Of a stretch of 38,944 bases of DNA, positions 12,063-24,948 are shown piece by piece. The notes below the pieces were generated by a model, which was not told where the DNA came from, made no database searches, and saw nothing but the letters and a program-made list of their open reading frames with translations. Position numbers and translations under genes: made by a program. Positions within the stretch are counted from its first letter, which is position 1. Every line of letters starts with the position of its first letter. Source of the stretch: Tubiluchus corallicola (Eukaryota > Animalia > Priapulida); the NCBI GenBank assembly GCA_030141605.1, contig JAQGDQ010001475.1, positions 1-38,944 on the forward strand. Direction: 5' to 3'.

Positions 12063-13561
12063 TGTAGGGAACCGAGTAACCCACCAACCCAAGTAGGACA
12101 CTTCCGGTAAAACCCATGTGGTAAAAGTAGTGTCCTACATGGGCAGCCCAAGTAGGACACTAGCGATTTTTGTCGAGAATCGGTAATTTTGCCAAATTTT
12201 TAAAAATTCTGTGAAAGTTTCTTCATTTTATTAAAAATTGTGCCTGTTGGTTGAGTTGTACTCAGTTTGGTATCATGAAAACTTGCTTCGCCAGGTGTTT
12301 AACTCAGCATGCAGTACGCAGGTATTGTTTTGCGATGACTTTTGTAACTCGTTCACTGAACGAGAGTTTGTTTGGTAACAAAGCAGCTCATTTAGCACTC
12401 TAGCATTGTTCAGCAGTATGGTTACAATAAAGGTGAAATGAAAGAATACTACAGGAAAATGTCAAACATTGAAGTCGTGTTATGCAGCCTGTTGTTATGA
12501 GTGCTGCTAGTTTTAATAGAGGCTGGATAATTAGTTTTAATATTATCAATAGTATTGTAACATGTAGGACACTGTCCTAGATGACTCGCTAGCCCAGGGG
12601 TGTGCAAATTGCGGCCCGCGGGCCACTTGCGGCCCACCGAGAGAATTTGTGCGGCCCGCGAAGAGATTTGTCAACCTAATAAAAGTGCGGCCCAGGCGAT
12701 TAATTGAGTGTATCCAGCTAAAGTCCTTGCCACGATCCCAAAGATAGTGCGGGTAGTTTTTTCTACTAGATCGCATGTCATTAACCCTTACAAGACGGTT
12801 GTAGCTTAATGTCGCTGTACTACACAGACTGTGTGATACACATTACTAATATGCATTGTAATGAAATTACCACTATCTGTCCTGAAAGTAGAAATATATG
12901 GTTTGTAATATAAATTTTAATAACTGCTAAAATAGTTTCTTGAGTGTAGTAGTAATGATGTACGCAGGTCGGATGCAAAAAAATCGTTATTAGGCCTTTC
13001 TGTACTTGGCTCCTTGATCAAACTGCATGTGGCCCACAGGAATTGCGGGAAAGTTTAATGTGGCCCGCCTAGTCATATAATTTGCACACCCCTGCACTAG
13101 CCCATGTAGGACACAGATCGCTAGAACGTTTACTTAGAAGGAAACAATTATTAGCCCAAGAGATAGTGAAATGGATCACCTGTTTGTGAAGCAAGACAAA
13201 ATCAAAAATGATATACCTTAAACAAATGTTGAATTCGCAAAAAAGTGGTTTTTTTCACTTCAACAACATTAATATCGAAAATAAATTTAATATTGTCCGT
13301 TCTACCAGCTCAGAATAAAATTCTTTTATTTCATCAGATGTATAATAAATTATTCAACGTGTACTAACTATTAGTACATTTAGTTAATTATTATTATTAC
13401 ATAAACAAGGACAACGAACGATGTCAGTACACTTAACGACTCAATTCGCGACCTGTCTCTAGTGTCCTACTTGGGCAGCTCATGTACGCCGCAAGCTACT
13501 TGGGCTAGCCCAAGTACACCAATTGGTCTACTTGGGCTAGTGGGTTACTCGGCTCCCTACA
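12063..13561. mobile_element. About 1-kb non-autonomous DNA transposon interrupted by hAT MITE copy 3
   Basis: TIRs TGTAGGGAACCGAGTAACCCACCAACCCAAGTAG / CTACTTGGGCTAGTGGGTTACTCGGCTCCCTACA; multiple internal CCCA(A/T)GTAGGACAC motifs in both orientations; ACATG on both flanks. Confidence 0.8.
12595..13094. mobile_element. hAT-type MITE copy 3 (500 bp, inverted relative to copy 1)
   Basis: CAGGGGTGTGCAAA...TTTGCACACCCCTG; TSD CGCTAGCC/CACTAGCC (7 of 8). Confidence 0.92.
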
Positions 13562-15179
13562 ACATGTACTTTTTATTTTGGTTCCACTGATATTTACAAA
13601 ATTTACTCCATATTTTTTATGTACTAGTACTCTGTAATGTTCTGTACTATAAGGAGTTATAAACATAGATCATCTGCATATAGTAAATTCCAGCAATATT
13701 ACAACCATAACCTGATATTTGCAACTGCCTTAACAGGCCATCAATGTACATACTAAAATAGTTTTGCTGACATAATTGCACCCTGTCTAACACAGTTTTC
13801 TACTGTATTATTATCAGATCCACGCCCATTCCATGCGATGTATACATTTTAGGATACATAAATGTTTAGCAAAAATAACAATTCTAGCAATGAAAATTAT
13901 TAGCAGTCAAAATTGTAAACAACTTCTAAACCCAGTTTCTTTCTTGTATAAAAATTACAGCCGTGATAGGGACTTTTTTGGATAAAAGTCGTGTTCAGAG
14001 CATAATCAGTAAAGTTGAAGTTGCGATGATCACAGGAGTGTTTTGCAAGTTCAGTATTCCGATCATCAGAACAATATCAACATAAGTGAGAGCACTATGA
14101 ATGACAATAGTTATGTTACCTTTCTCGGCTACTAAACTCCACATGCTACTTTTTGGTATAAATAAAAAAAACTAACATCATTTTACAGTTAAATATGCAG
14201 AAAACGCCAAAAACCGCAACGCGTGATTTAATCACGTGACAGAGCCCGCGTAAAATTGCGTAAAGTCAGTCCCCAAGTCGCAAATAACGGATTTACGTTC
14301 AAGTTTGCTTTTTTACATGAATAACATTGCTAGCATGAAAGTGTTGCCTAATGAAATGTTCAATGCATTCAAATTCAGTTAAAACTGTTAAGTATGGCGC
14401 CTATATCTTGACTTTTTGCAGCCTTATTATGTTTATATTCTTATCTGCCCATTATATTATTTAACCAAAAAATGTTTTTTTGAGACAATGTCACTATGTT
14501 TATATTTTAATATCGGTGGCGGTTATTGGCGTGTAGGAAAAGAGCTTTTTAGCAGAATAAGAAGTAGATCCTAGTAAAGGTTCGTAAGTCTGTTAGAGAT
14601 AAAGATGTTATGAAACGTTTCTCAGAAACTGCAAAATGAAATGCATAAATATAATAATAATGCAAAATGTACTTATTAATGTAACAATAAACATGAACTA
14701 TATGAAAAAAGCAACAAATTAAAGAAAAAACAACGGATTAAAGAAGGATAAGTGCAAAATGAATAGGGGAAGTCGAGAAGCCTGATACGTAATGAAACCA
14801 GGACATAGACTGGAGCCTACCAAATATCAAACATTGAAGGAAAACATGATACAGATCCGATGTTCATTGATCTATTATGAATTTATTTTGAAATAAGAAA
14901 TTAATTAGGAAATTAACTGATAAGAATTTGGAACCAGATTAATCGTAACAGATTAGATAGTGAACGAAGTTTATGCCGTTCGACCATAGTGACTCACTCA
15001 GCTTGTATCTTGAATTTAATGAGTTATGTATCAGAGGTTGAAAGATTGTAGAGTATTGAAATATTAAATAACTACCTGTAACATAAATGAACTCTAACTT
15101 CATTAGCCCAGATAGTTCAGAATACCTGGTACGAGGAGAGCGATTTCCGAAATCAAATGACCACTGGTCAAAAGGCTCT

Positions 15180-15700
<521 letters not shown>

Positions 15701-16019
15701 TCGGTGGCAAACACGCCCAATAAAGGAGTCACGCGGTTAAATTATTTTAGCGAATAAATGAACGTGCGCCAACAATGCGTATTATAAATTCATACGGAAG
15801 TACGGATCCCATGCCAACAGCAAATCCTTCCCATGAATTTCTAATGGGGGATTAAAAGAAATGAGAAATCTAGTGTGATGTTAACTTAACAAAACTTAGA
15901 ACAATTTTTTTCACAACAGACGGCGCCACAAGGCAATTTCAAAATATGTTTTACGGACTCCTATGCAGTGGACTAACAAAGTAGAATTAATGTATTTGCC
16001 AACGTCGGCAACAGGAATA

Positions 16020-16265
16020 AAGCAACAGCAACAACAAAGCAGCGACGATGACTACAACAACAAAAACAACAGCAGCAGCAGCAGCAAAAACAAAGCAGTG
16101 ACGACGAGTACAACAACAACAACAAAGCAGAGACGACTACAACAACAACAACAGCAGCAGCAACAGCAACAGTAAAGCAGTGGCGACTACTACAACAACA
16201 AGAAAGCGACGATGACTACAAAAACAACAACAGCAACAGCAACAACAAAGCAGTGACGACGAATA

Positions 16266-16297
<32 letters not shown>

Positions 16298-16390
16298 ATA
16301 AAGCAGCGACGATGACTACAACAACACCAACAACAACAAAAACAAAAACAACAACAAAGCAGTGACGACGAGTACAACAACAACAACAAC
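16020..16390. repeat. (CAA/CAG)n low-complexity tract with recurring AAAGCAG(T/C)GACGA spacers
   Basis: Directly visible compound repeat. Confidence 0.9.
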
Positions 16391-16879
16391 ACAAGTGCTT
16401 CTAATTCAACTGCCTTTTGCACGTATCATAACAATTTATAGTTTTTAAATTTCAAAGGCGGCTGTTAACTTATAGTTTGTGCAGGAAGCAGCACATTAAG
16501 TTCACCGCGTTTAATCAATGGCTTCATTCAAGCATTATTTGCTGGATCAAGTAAGAAAGAAGCCAGGCAAACGCGTTACCTATTCAACATTCACTCACAC
16601 CTGTAGTCACGACTCGTTAAAGCAAACATTTGTATAGTATGTGGTCGACTTTTCATTCAACCTTCTTACACACACCTAGAGAGTTTTGACTGACAACCTG
16701 GTTAGTTTCCAAAATCATTAAACATACTATAGAACTGCATGCTAATAAAGCTTTGGATAAACTTTGTTTACGTCATAGATGCAAAGGTTAGACTGGCAAA
16801 TTAGGGACTAGTCCCTTAACGGACACCACACCAACTGTGCTACTAAATGACTAGCTAAATGACCCATTGACCAATACTC

Positions 16880-16998
16880 TTTCTGATTGACTAACTGACT
16901 CAGTCATTCATTGACTATTGGCTAGCTGCTTAGCTAGCTAACTAACTGACTGACTGACTGACTGACTGGCTAACTAACCGAGCGAATGACTGACTGTT
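16880..16998. repeat. Degenerate (GACT/AACT)n microsatellite
   Basis: Directly visible. Confidence 0.8.
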
Positions 16999-17113
16999 CA
17001 ATTTGGCTAAGTGAAAATCCAAAAAGTAACCAACAGTTAGTCACCGAGGTGACTATGTATTTCCAAATATTGCAAATTACTAATCAAATTCAGTAAACTT
17101 TTATTTAGCCGTT

Positions 17114-18152
17114 AACAAATTTTGCCATAACATAAGAAGAGTATTACATTAAAACAGGTTTAGGAAACGGTGACTTCAACAGTTTTAAAGGTGAAAATAG
17201 AATGATGTTTCACATATCCTACCGTATTTTTAAGTAGGGCAAATAGTATACATTTTAACACCAATACATGCCAAACCTGTTAAGGCATTTGTCTGTTAAT
17301 TTTATGGAATTTTTTTACTAAATTTGAAGGAACAAGCAACTAAACTATTTAGAAAATCAGTGAAAAATGAACGGCTCGTACGTGACAAATTACTGAAATA
17401 AAACCTGATTAGAACAAATATGATCTCATTATTAAAGCTAGTCTAACAAAGACGTCACTTCTATGTTACTAGTGGCTCACTCTACAGGCAGGTCACGGCA
17501 ACACGTAGCTGTTTTAACTGAATTTCAATGCATCGAACATTTCATTAGGCAACACTTTCAAGCTAACAATTTAGATTACACCGTCCTCTTGTTGGCCAAT
17601 GTTCGATGTAAACACATTTTCTCTTGCTGCCAGACGAAATCAAATAGAGTAAATTGACAAAAATTAGCGCACAATTCGAACGCTATTCAGTGACAAGTTA
17701 GTGGAATTGAAGACAGAGCAAACTCTATGGTCTGCTCAGAGCTGATAATTGCACACAGAACTGACATCTCTGCGTCTGTAACAAACGATCTGAATTTTAT
17801 CTTTCCTTTAGATTTTTGTAGATATATATCGATTAATATTTCCATTCAATTTTGCATCTATTAGTTATAGAACAGAATGGACGACGGTTATTCCGACAGG
17901 AGTTAAAATATGATGGTGCAAGATGTCACTAGTTGACCTAGCCCGCCCTAATTAAGTTTTTAACATATTATTTAATTATGAGAAACGCTTTGGCATTAGT
18001 ACAGGTGTTAAAATGTATACTATTTGCCCTACTTTAAAATACGATAGGATGTTTGAAAAATCATTCTATCTCCACCTTTAAAACTGTTAAAGTCACCGTT
18101 TCCTAAACCTGTTTTAATCTAACACTCTTCTTATGTTACGCCAAAATTTGTT
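17114..18152. mobile_element. About 1-kb foldback-like element with roughly 160-bp imperfect inverted arms (17114-17275 and 17989-18152)
   Basis: AAAACAGGTTTAGGAAACGGTGACTT / AAGTCACCGTTTCCTAAACCTGTTTT and AAGTAGGGCAAATAGTATACATTTTAACACC / GGTGTTAAAATGTATACTATTTGCCCTACTT; no TSD resolved. Confidence 0.6.
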
Positions 18153-18744
18153 TTTATGATCCGAGCCCGTGTTTTAATTTTGTTCTTGAATCAAAAACAG
18201 CGCTTAAAAACATGCGGAAATGCGCTTAAATTTTTTACGTAACAGACGGAAACAGGTGTAAGATTTTCACTTCTAAACGGCGCATCGCCGCTGACATAGT
18301 TACGTCAGTTTAACTGTTTGTTAAACATGACGTTCTAGCTAAGATGGCTTCCGAAGTATGTATTAACAAGTGAAATCGTTCAAGTGCTCAGCTTAACCGA
18401 GTTCTTGCTTTCTACAACAAGCAAATTCATGACATATTATAGTTTTTTATGTGGACTGATTGGTTAAAATTTACAAGTACTAGTTAATACGTCTAGCAAC
18501 CAGCAGTTTGGCTACCCAACTGTATTAGTAGATTTCCTGCTGATGACATCCTGGCATTATCTGATTGGCTGACTGACGGAAACAATGACATTGTCTGTTC
18601 TTGTCTGCTAATAGAAACAATAACATTGCGTGATTGGTCTGGCTGTCGGAATTAAGACATCTTTTGAGTGGCTGGCTAGTGAAAATGATGGCAGTATCTG
18701 ATTGGCTGACTGAATGAAGTAGTGACATTGTCTAATTGGTTGGC

Positions 18745-19391
18745 TGGTGATAGAAACCATGGAATCGTCTGATTGGTCTGCTGATGGAAACTAAGACATT
18801 GTCTACTTAGCTGGCTGATGATAGAAACCATGGAATCGTCTGATTGGTCTGCTGATGGAAACTATGACATTGTCTTCTTGGCTGGCTGATGATAGAAACC
18901 ATGGAATCGTCTGATTGGCCTACTGATGGAAACTATGACATTGTCTACTTGGCTGTCTGATGGAAACCATTTAATCGTCTGATTGGCCTACTGATGGAAA
19001 CTATGACATTGTCTACTTGGCTGGCTGATGTTAGAAACCATGGAATCGTCTGATTGGCCTACTGATGGAAACTATGACATTGTCTACTTGGCTGGCTGAT
19101 GATAGAAACCATGGAATCGTCTGATTGGCCTACTGATGAAAACTATGACATTGTCTACTTGGCTGTCTGATGGAAACCATTCAATCGTCTGATTGGCCTA
19201 CTGATGGAAACTATGACATTGTCTACTTGGCTGGCTGATGATAGAAACTATGGAATCGTCTGATTGGCCTACTGATGGAAACTACGACATTGTCTACTTG
19301 GCTGGCTGATGATAGAAACCATGGAATCGTCTGATTGGCCTACTGATGAAAACTACGACATTGTCTACTTGGCTGTCTGATGGAAACCATG
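18745..19391. repeat. About 71-bp tandem repeat, about 9 copies, built from two related ~35-bp halves; degenerate copies back to about 18540
   Basis: GAAACCATGG recurs at 18753, 18824, 18895. Confidence 0.92.
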
Positions 19392-19816
19392 TAATTGGAC
19401 ACAGCAATATTTAAATTCTATATTTTTTTAGAAGCAACATATAATCTTATCATTTCTCTTTTGATAGAAAATCAATAGATTAGGAATTTATTCATATAGT
19501 GCCTTTTGACTATCATAAAAAGCACATGAACTTTCGGTTGCGTTTCATCTCACGCAACTTATAAACAGCATCGATCAAATTCCTAGTTTTCATTTTTTGT
19601 AAGTTAAACAGCGGCAAGGTATCTGGAGCGTTCTTTGATGTAACAGCAGGAAGCGCCTGTTAATCATCATATATGATGCGTCAAATTTTTCATTGCGTTA
19701 ATGTCATGCGAAAGCAATTTGATAATTTGTGGGTAAGTAATCCAAGAAAGTAAACAGTAAATAAACAAGGTTATAGGTTATTATACAGCGAATCTAATCG
19801 AAATGATACACGTTGA

Positions 19817-20820
19817 TGGTGTATTAATACGTTTAATACGGCTTAATACGTTTATTGATCGTGTATTAATACGTTTAATACAGCTGAATACGTTTATTGA
19901 TCGTGTATTAATACGTTTAATACAGCTGAATACGTTTATTGATCGCGTATTAATACGTTTAATACAGCTGAATACGTTTATTGATCGTGTATTAATGCGT
20001 TTAATACAGCTGAATACGTTTATTGATCGTGTATTAATACGTTTAATACAGCTGAATACGTTTATTGATCGTGTATTAATACGTTTAGTACAGCTGAATA
20101 CGTTTATTGATCGCGTATTAATACGTTTAATACAGCTGAATACGTTTATTGATCGCGTATTAAAACGTTTAATACAGCTGAATACGTTTATTGATCGCGT
20201 ATTAATACGTTTAATACAGCTGAATACGTTTATTGATCGCGTATTAATACGTTTAATACAGCTGAATACGTTTATTGATCGCGTATTAATACGTTTAATA
20301 CAGCTTAATACGTTTATTGATCGCGTATTAATACGTTTAATACAGCTTAATACGTTTATTGATCGCGTATTAATACGTTTAATACAGCTGAATACGTTTA
20401 TTGATCGCGTATTAATACGTTTAATACAGCTGAATACGTTTATTGATCGCGTATTAATACGTTTAATACAGCTTAATACGTTTATTGATCGTGTATTAAT
20501 GCGTTTAATACAGCTGAATACGTTTATTGATCGTGTATTAATGCGTTTAATACAGCTTAATACGTTTATTGATCGTGTATTAATACGTTTAATACAGCTT
20601 AATACGTTTATTGATCGTGTATTAATACGTTTAATACAGTTTAATACGTTTATTGATCGTGTATTAATATGTTTAATACAACTTTTAAGAGGAAATACGT
20701 TTACTATTAATACGTTTACTGTTAATACACGTTCAATAAACGTATTAATACACAATCAATAAACGTATTAAAATACGCTTATTGATTGTATATTAATACG
20801 TTTATTGATCGTGTATTAAC
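19817..20820. repeat. 42-bp satellite array 1
   Basis: Unit AATACAGCTGAATACGTTTATTGATCGTGTATTAATACGTTT; gives the 14-aa periodic ORFs on both strands. Confidence 0.95.
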
Positions 20821-21755
20821 AGTAAATAAATAAGGTTATCAGTAATTAAACTAAGCTAATTGATAGGTCTCGAAGCAATACACTTGTTACGAGTTTATTT
20901 GTTTACTTCAAAGAAGACGCAAAGCCTTCTGGGAAGACAGGCAAACAACAATGCTGGCAAAATTTATTCTGGAGGGTTTAAGTAATAAAAGTGTGAAAAA
21001 GCCTTAAGTAATTAGTAAAATCATTTTAATTTCGCGACTATTTTACTTTACGGTGCCCCCATTTTGAAGGCCTGAAACAAAAATGGCGCATTGCCAATTT
21101 TCCATCGAAGGTACAATTTTTTTTGAAAAATCAGATGGCTAATTTTGCAATATTTTTGCCTGAATATCTCATAAGCTGCAGATGTTTGAATTAGCTTAAC
21201 TAGTGTGCGTTTAGAGAAAGCCACGAAGGATTTACGAAAAGTCACGAAGTCCACCAGTTACGTCACGATTTTCAAGTTGACCACCGCGCCTGAAAATTGC
21301 TGTACTAAGGTAGTACAAATTAACTTTAATACTTAAGGAATTTTTTTTTGCTAATTTCTTATCTATATTTTTCCAGGTTTAAGTGATAACAGTGAAATAA
21401 ACATAACATGCGAAATGACTTGTCTTTTCCTTTAATTAACTGTCGTTAGTGCTCTCACAACGTTCTCTGATTAAGCAATGGTAAAACGTAGCCTGGTACT
21501 CGGTAATCAATTGAAATGATCAATTTTCTTGGGTCAAAAATGAACGTTAGCAGTACATTAAACAATTTTATTGTAATACTAGACAGGACGAAAGCAATAA
21601 AACGTAGAGTGAAAGTAAACAAATGAACAATGGAGGAACGAATGAAAAGAAAACGAAAAAAACACAGGAAAGAAGGAGGATAGAAAGAAAAACACATGCG
21701 AAATGAAGTTGAATAGAGAAAGAAGAAATACAAACAAATAAAACACCTGAACTAC

Positions 21756-21953
21756 ACTGATTGACTGACTGACTGACCGACTGACTGTTAACTAATTAAG
21801 TAACTAACTAGCTAATCAACTAACTAATTGACTGACTAAACTGACTGACTGACTGACAGACTGACAGACTGACTGACTGACTCACTGACTGACTGACTGA
21901 CTGACTGACCGACTGACTGGCTGACTGTGCTGATTGACTGACTGACTGACTGA
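21756..21953. repeat. (GACT)n microsatellite at the 3' end of the LINE
   Basis: Directly visible. Confidence 0.9.
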
Positions 21954-22064
21954 TTTTTTTAGATTTAATATTTTATTTCAAACTTTGCAAACTTCATAAA
22001 CACATCACAAATTAATGCAAATAATACAATAAATCATGAAACATAACAATAACACAAATAACAA

Positions 22065-24941
22065 TTAACTATATAACAAACTACGCCAATGACATCTAAT
22101 TACAGAAGTAAAGTTTGCATCACTCTTTAAAATGTTTTTGCACATAAAATTTTCACTCTTATTTAGCCTGACATATAAACTGTATGCACATTTTCTGTGA
22201 ATAACATCAAAATAAATAATATTAAGTCTAGTAGAAATATATCTAGCTCTCGTATCATATGAAAAGTTAAACAGCTTCCGTGTTGATACATTATATGCAA
22301 CCTTGAGTTTGCTGAGATTGTAAGAATAAAAATGTCTCCAAGTGGACATACAATAAAAGGTAGTGCAGTAAGCATTAAACAATTGTCTCTTCACGTTAAC
22401 TGAACAGTGAGTAAATTTCATGAGTAATTTATTTGCTCTATCATAGTAAATTGAACATTGTCGTAATATATCTAAATCATCTCTATTGTCTTCTGATAAA
22501 ATATGACCCAGATATTTTTCCTTTTTGCTAGGTACAAAACTTTTACACTGCAAAACAGCAGACCCAGGAGTAAACTGCTGCATGTGGGTGGAGCGAAACG
22601 TGACAAGTTTAGTCTTATTTACATTTACAAGGATATCATATTCTTTAGCAAATTTATTAAAAATATCTAGCAGTCTCTGCAAAGCCGTCGAGGTTGTTGC
22701 TAAAAGACATATGTCATCAGCGTACATCAAGTGATTAATGCAGGCTTCAGCAATATGACAACCCACACCAGAGTTAGTAAGTGCAGCACTAAGATTTTTA
22801 AAATAGAAGTTAAATAACAGTGGAGACATTTTTCCACCTTGACGGATTCCGTTATCTACTGCAAAACTATCAGAGTTAAATTTACCCCATCTAACCAACA
22901 TACGTTGTTCCGTGTAATAAAAAAGCAGAAGTCTAATTACTACATTTGGTAGGTTAGTATTGACAAGGTTTAGGAACAGTTTGAGATAGTTTACTCTATC
23001 GAACGCTTTTGATGCATCAATAAACATAATATGTACAGTGCTTTGTCGACTAATAGTCAAGCACCTCTTTTAAAGTATGGATGCACATCTCTGTGCCTAA
23101 GTTTTCAACAAAACCAAACTGGTTTGGCGTGGTACTCAAACAAGAACTGTACCGATTTAGAAGCAGTATTTCTATAACTTTGCTTCCTACAGATGAAAGA
23201 GCGATAGGCCTATAGTTGTTCTTGTCTGTAATATCCCCATTTTTGTCTTTAACGAGAGGTACTAGTATAGACAACATTAACGAATGAGGCAAGTAACCGT
23301 GAATAGCAGCGCCAACATGATTGGCAGCAAGTGGGATGAATTACGGAAATGTTCACCTTTAAGTCCGTCTGGACCAGCTGATTTATGTAAGGCAAGCCTA
23401 TCAATTGCCTCTTGCACTTCAAAAACTGTAAATGCATTAATGGGCGTTATACTATGGCTCAGAACATGTTTTATACGCGCATTAAGACCATTGTTGTCAA
23501 CTGAATTTAACAAATTTTTATAATGATTACCCCACATTGCACAAATGTCCTTTTCCCCTTTTGACTCACCAACTTATGGAGAAAGAGGAAGTTTAGAATT
23601 AGTTTCTTTTTTAATAGATGTCCAAAATTCATAAGGGTTACAATGCATAAGTTTATAAGCCAACTTATCAGCAATAATACGTTTCTCATTGCGTTTGCAC
23701 TCACGCAAGGCGCGTTTAAACAATGCCCGAGAACGGCGCATTTCATCAGCTAAGTAACCATTACGTGGCTCACCATTTATACGCCATGCAAGGAAACACT
23801 GGCGAGAATATTTATGACTATCTGCAACGTAGTCATTCCAACCAGGTATCCTCTTACCCTGACAGTTATTAGACCCATGTTGCTTCCCTGGAATACTGAT
23901 AGTGGCTGAAACTTTTAGTACGTCAGTTATGTCTTCATACAGTTTAGTTAGGTTATTTTGGTGTTGTTCGTTTTCACAGTACACATTATTACAAAGTACA
24001 GCGTCGTACGGCATCGCTATACCTAGTAAAGCAGTATGTGTACAGTGCCGGTAATTGGATAACTGACCTTCATTGGCGTTATCCCAGTCAACATTATATC
24101 TATGCTGCCCAGGTTTAGAAAAGATTACATTGTCAGTATTTAGCAAATCATCTACTGTAATAACCCTATCATTAATAGGACAGGCCAGCACAAGGTCAAC
24201 ATTGATCTGAGCACCTATAGGCATATGATCACAGTTAGTTAAGTTGTAATCAACAAATATATTACTAACAATGACATGCATTGTTTCAGTACAAATTATG
24301 TGGTCTAACCAAGAGCAAGTTTGATGTGCAGCACTCACATATGTAAAGGTATCAGCTGGCAAGCTGAGCACATCAGAAACATTATACTTATTAGCTGAGC
24401 ACAATGCTTCCAGTTCTCTATAAAACTGTCTTGTTATGTGTGAATTAAAATCTCCTATGCAACATACGTAACCAGTTGCTCACATTTCAATGAAAGCATT
24501 TAATTTTCCTAAACACAATCTAAAATCATCTAGATTGTCATCACATTCATATGGAAAATAAACATTCACAAACATAATTGGCATCAGTTTATCAGGCAGG
24601 TGAGCTGAAAAACCTAAAATATTAAAGTCATTTTCATGTGTAATAATCTTATATTCACCCGGAAGTGTTTTTCTCCAGAGCACAGCTAAACCACCCTGCG
24701 GTCGTCCTTTCAGAAGTCCATCAGACAGATCTGTAGGTGAGATCCCTCTTCCATGAAAATCTGGATCAACTGTTGCCAAATAGTCAAGTTCTTGAACTGG
24801 AAGCATCGTTTCTTGAAGGAACACGATGTCACTGCGATTACAGAGTTCTTTTAACACTACTAGTGATTCCGGATTTTTGATCGAATTACAATTGTAGCTC
24901 ACTATTCTAAGTGAGGATATTTGAGTGCAGTTTCGCTCCAT
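22065..24941 (-). pseudogene. Disrupted ORF2: apurinic-type endonuclease + reverse transcriptase
   Basis: APE motifs SYNCN, LQET, GRPQGG, NVYFP, GDFN, LDHI, DHMP; RT motifs YRPIAL, QFGF, FIDASKAFDRV, GIRQGG, SPLLF, YADD, KYLG. In-frame TGA at 24482-24480, in-frame TAA at 23576-23574, frameshifts near 23295 and 23055. Confidence 0.93.
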
Positions 24942-24948
24942 AAATGGT

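Noticed and set aside
14120-14144. Alternative first coding exon MWSLVAEK with AAG|GTAACA phase-1 donor, near a CpG-rich TCACGTGA region
   Set aside because: Frame-compatible with 9322 but too short to distinguish from chance; kept only as an alternative to 35789-35879.
19781-20762. Overlapping 324-aa and 319-aa ORFs on opposite strands with a 14-aa period (LRR-like appearance)
   Set aside because: Consequence of a 42-bp unit lacking stops in one frame per strand; no unique flanking coding sequence or convincing splice signals.
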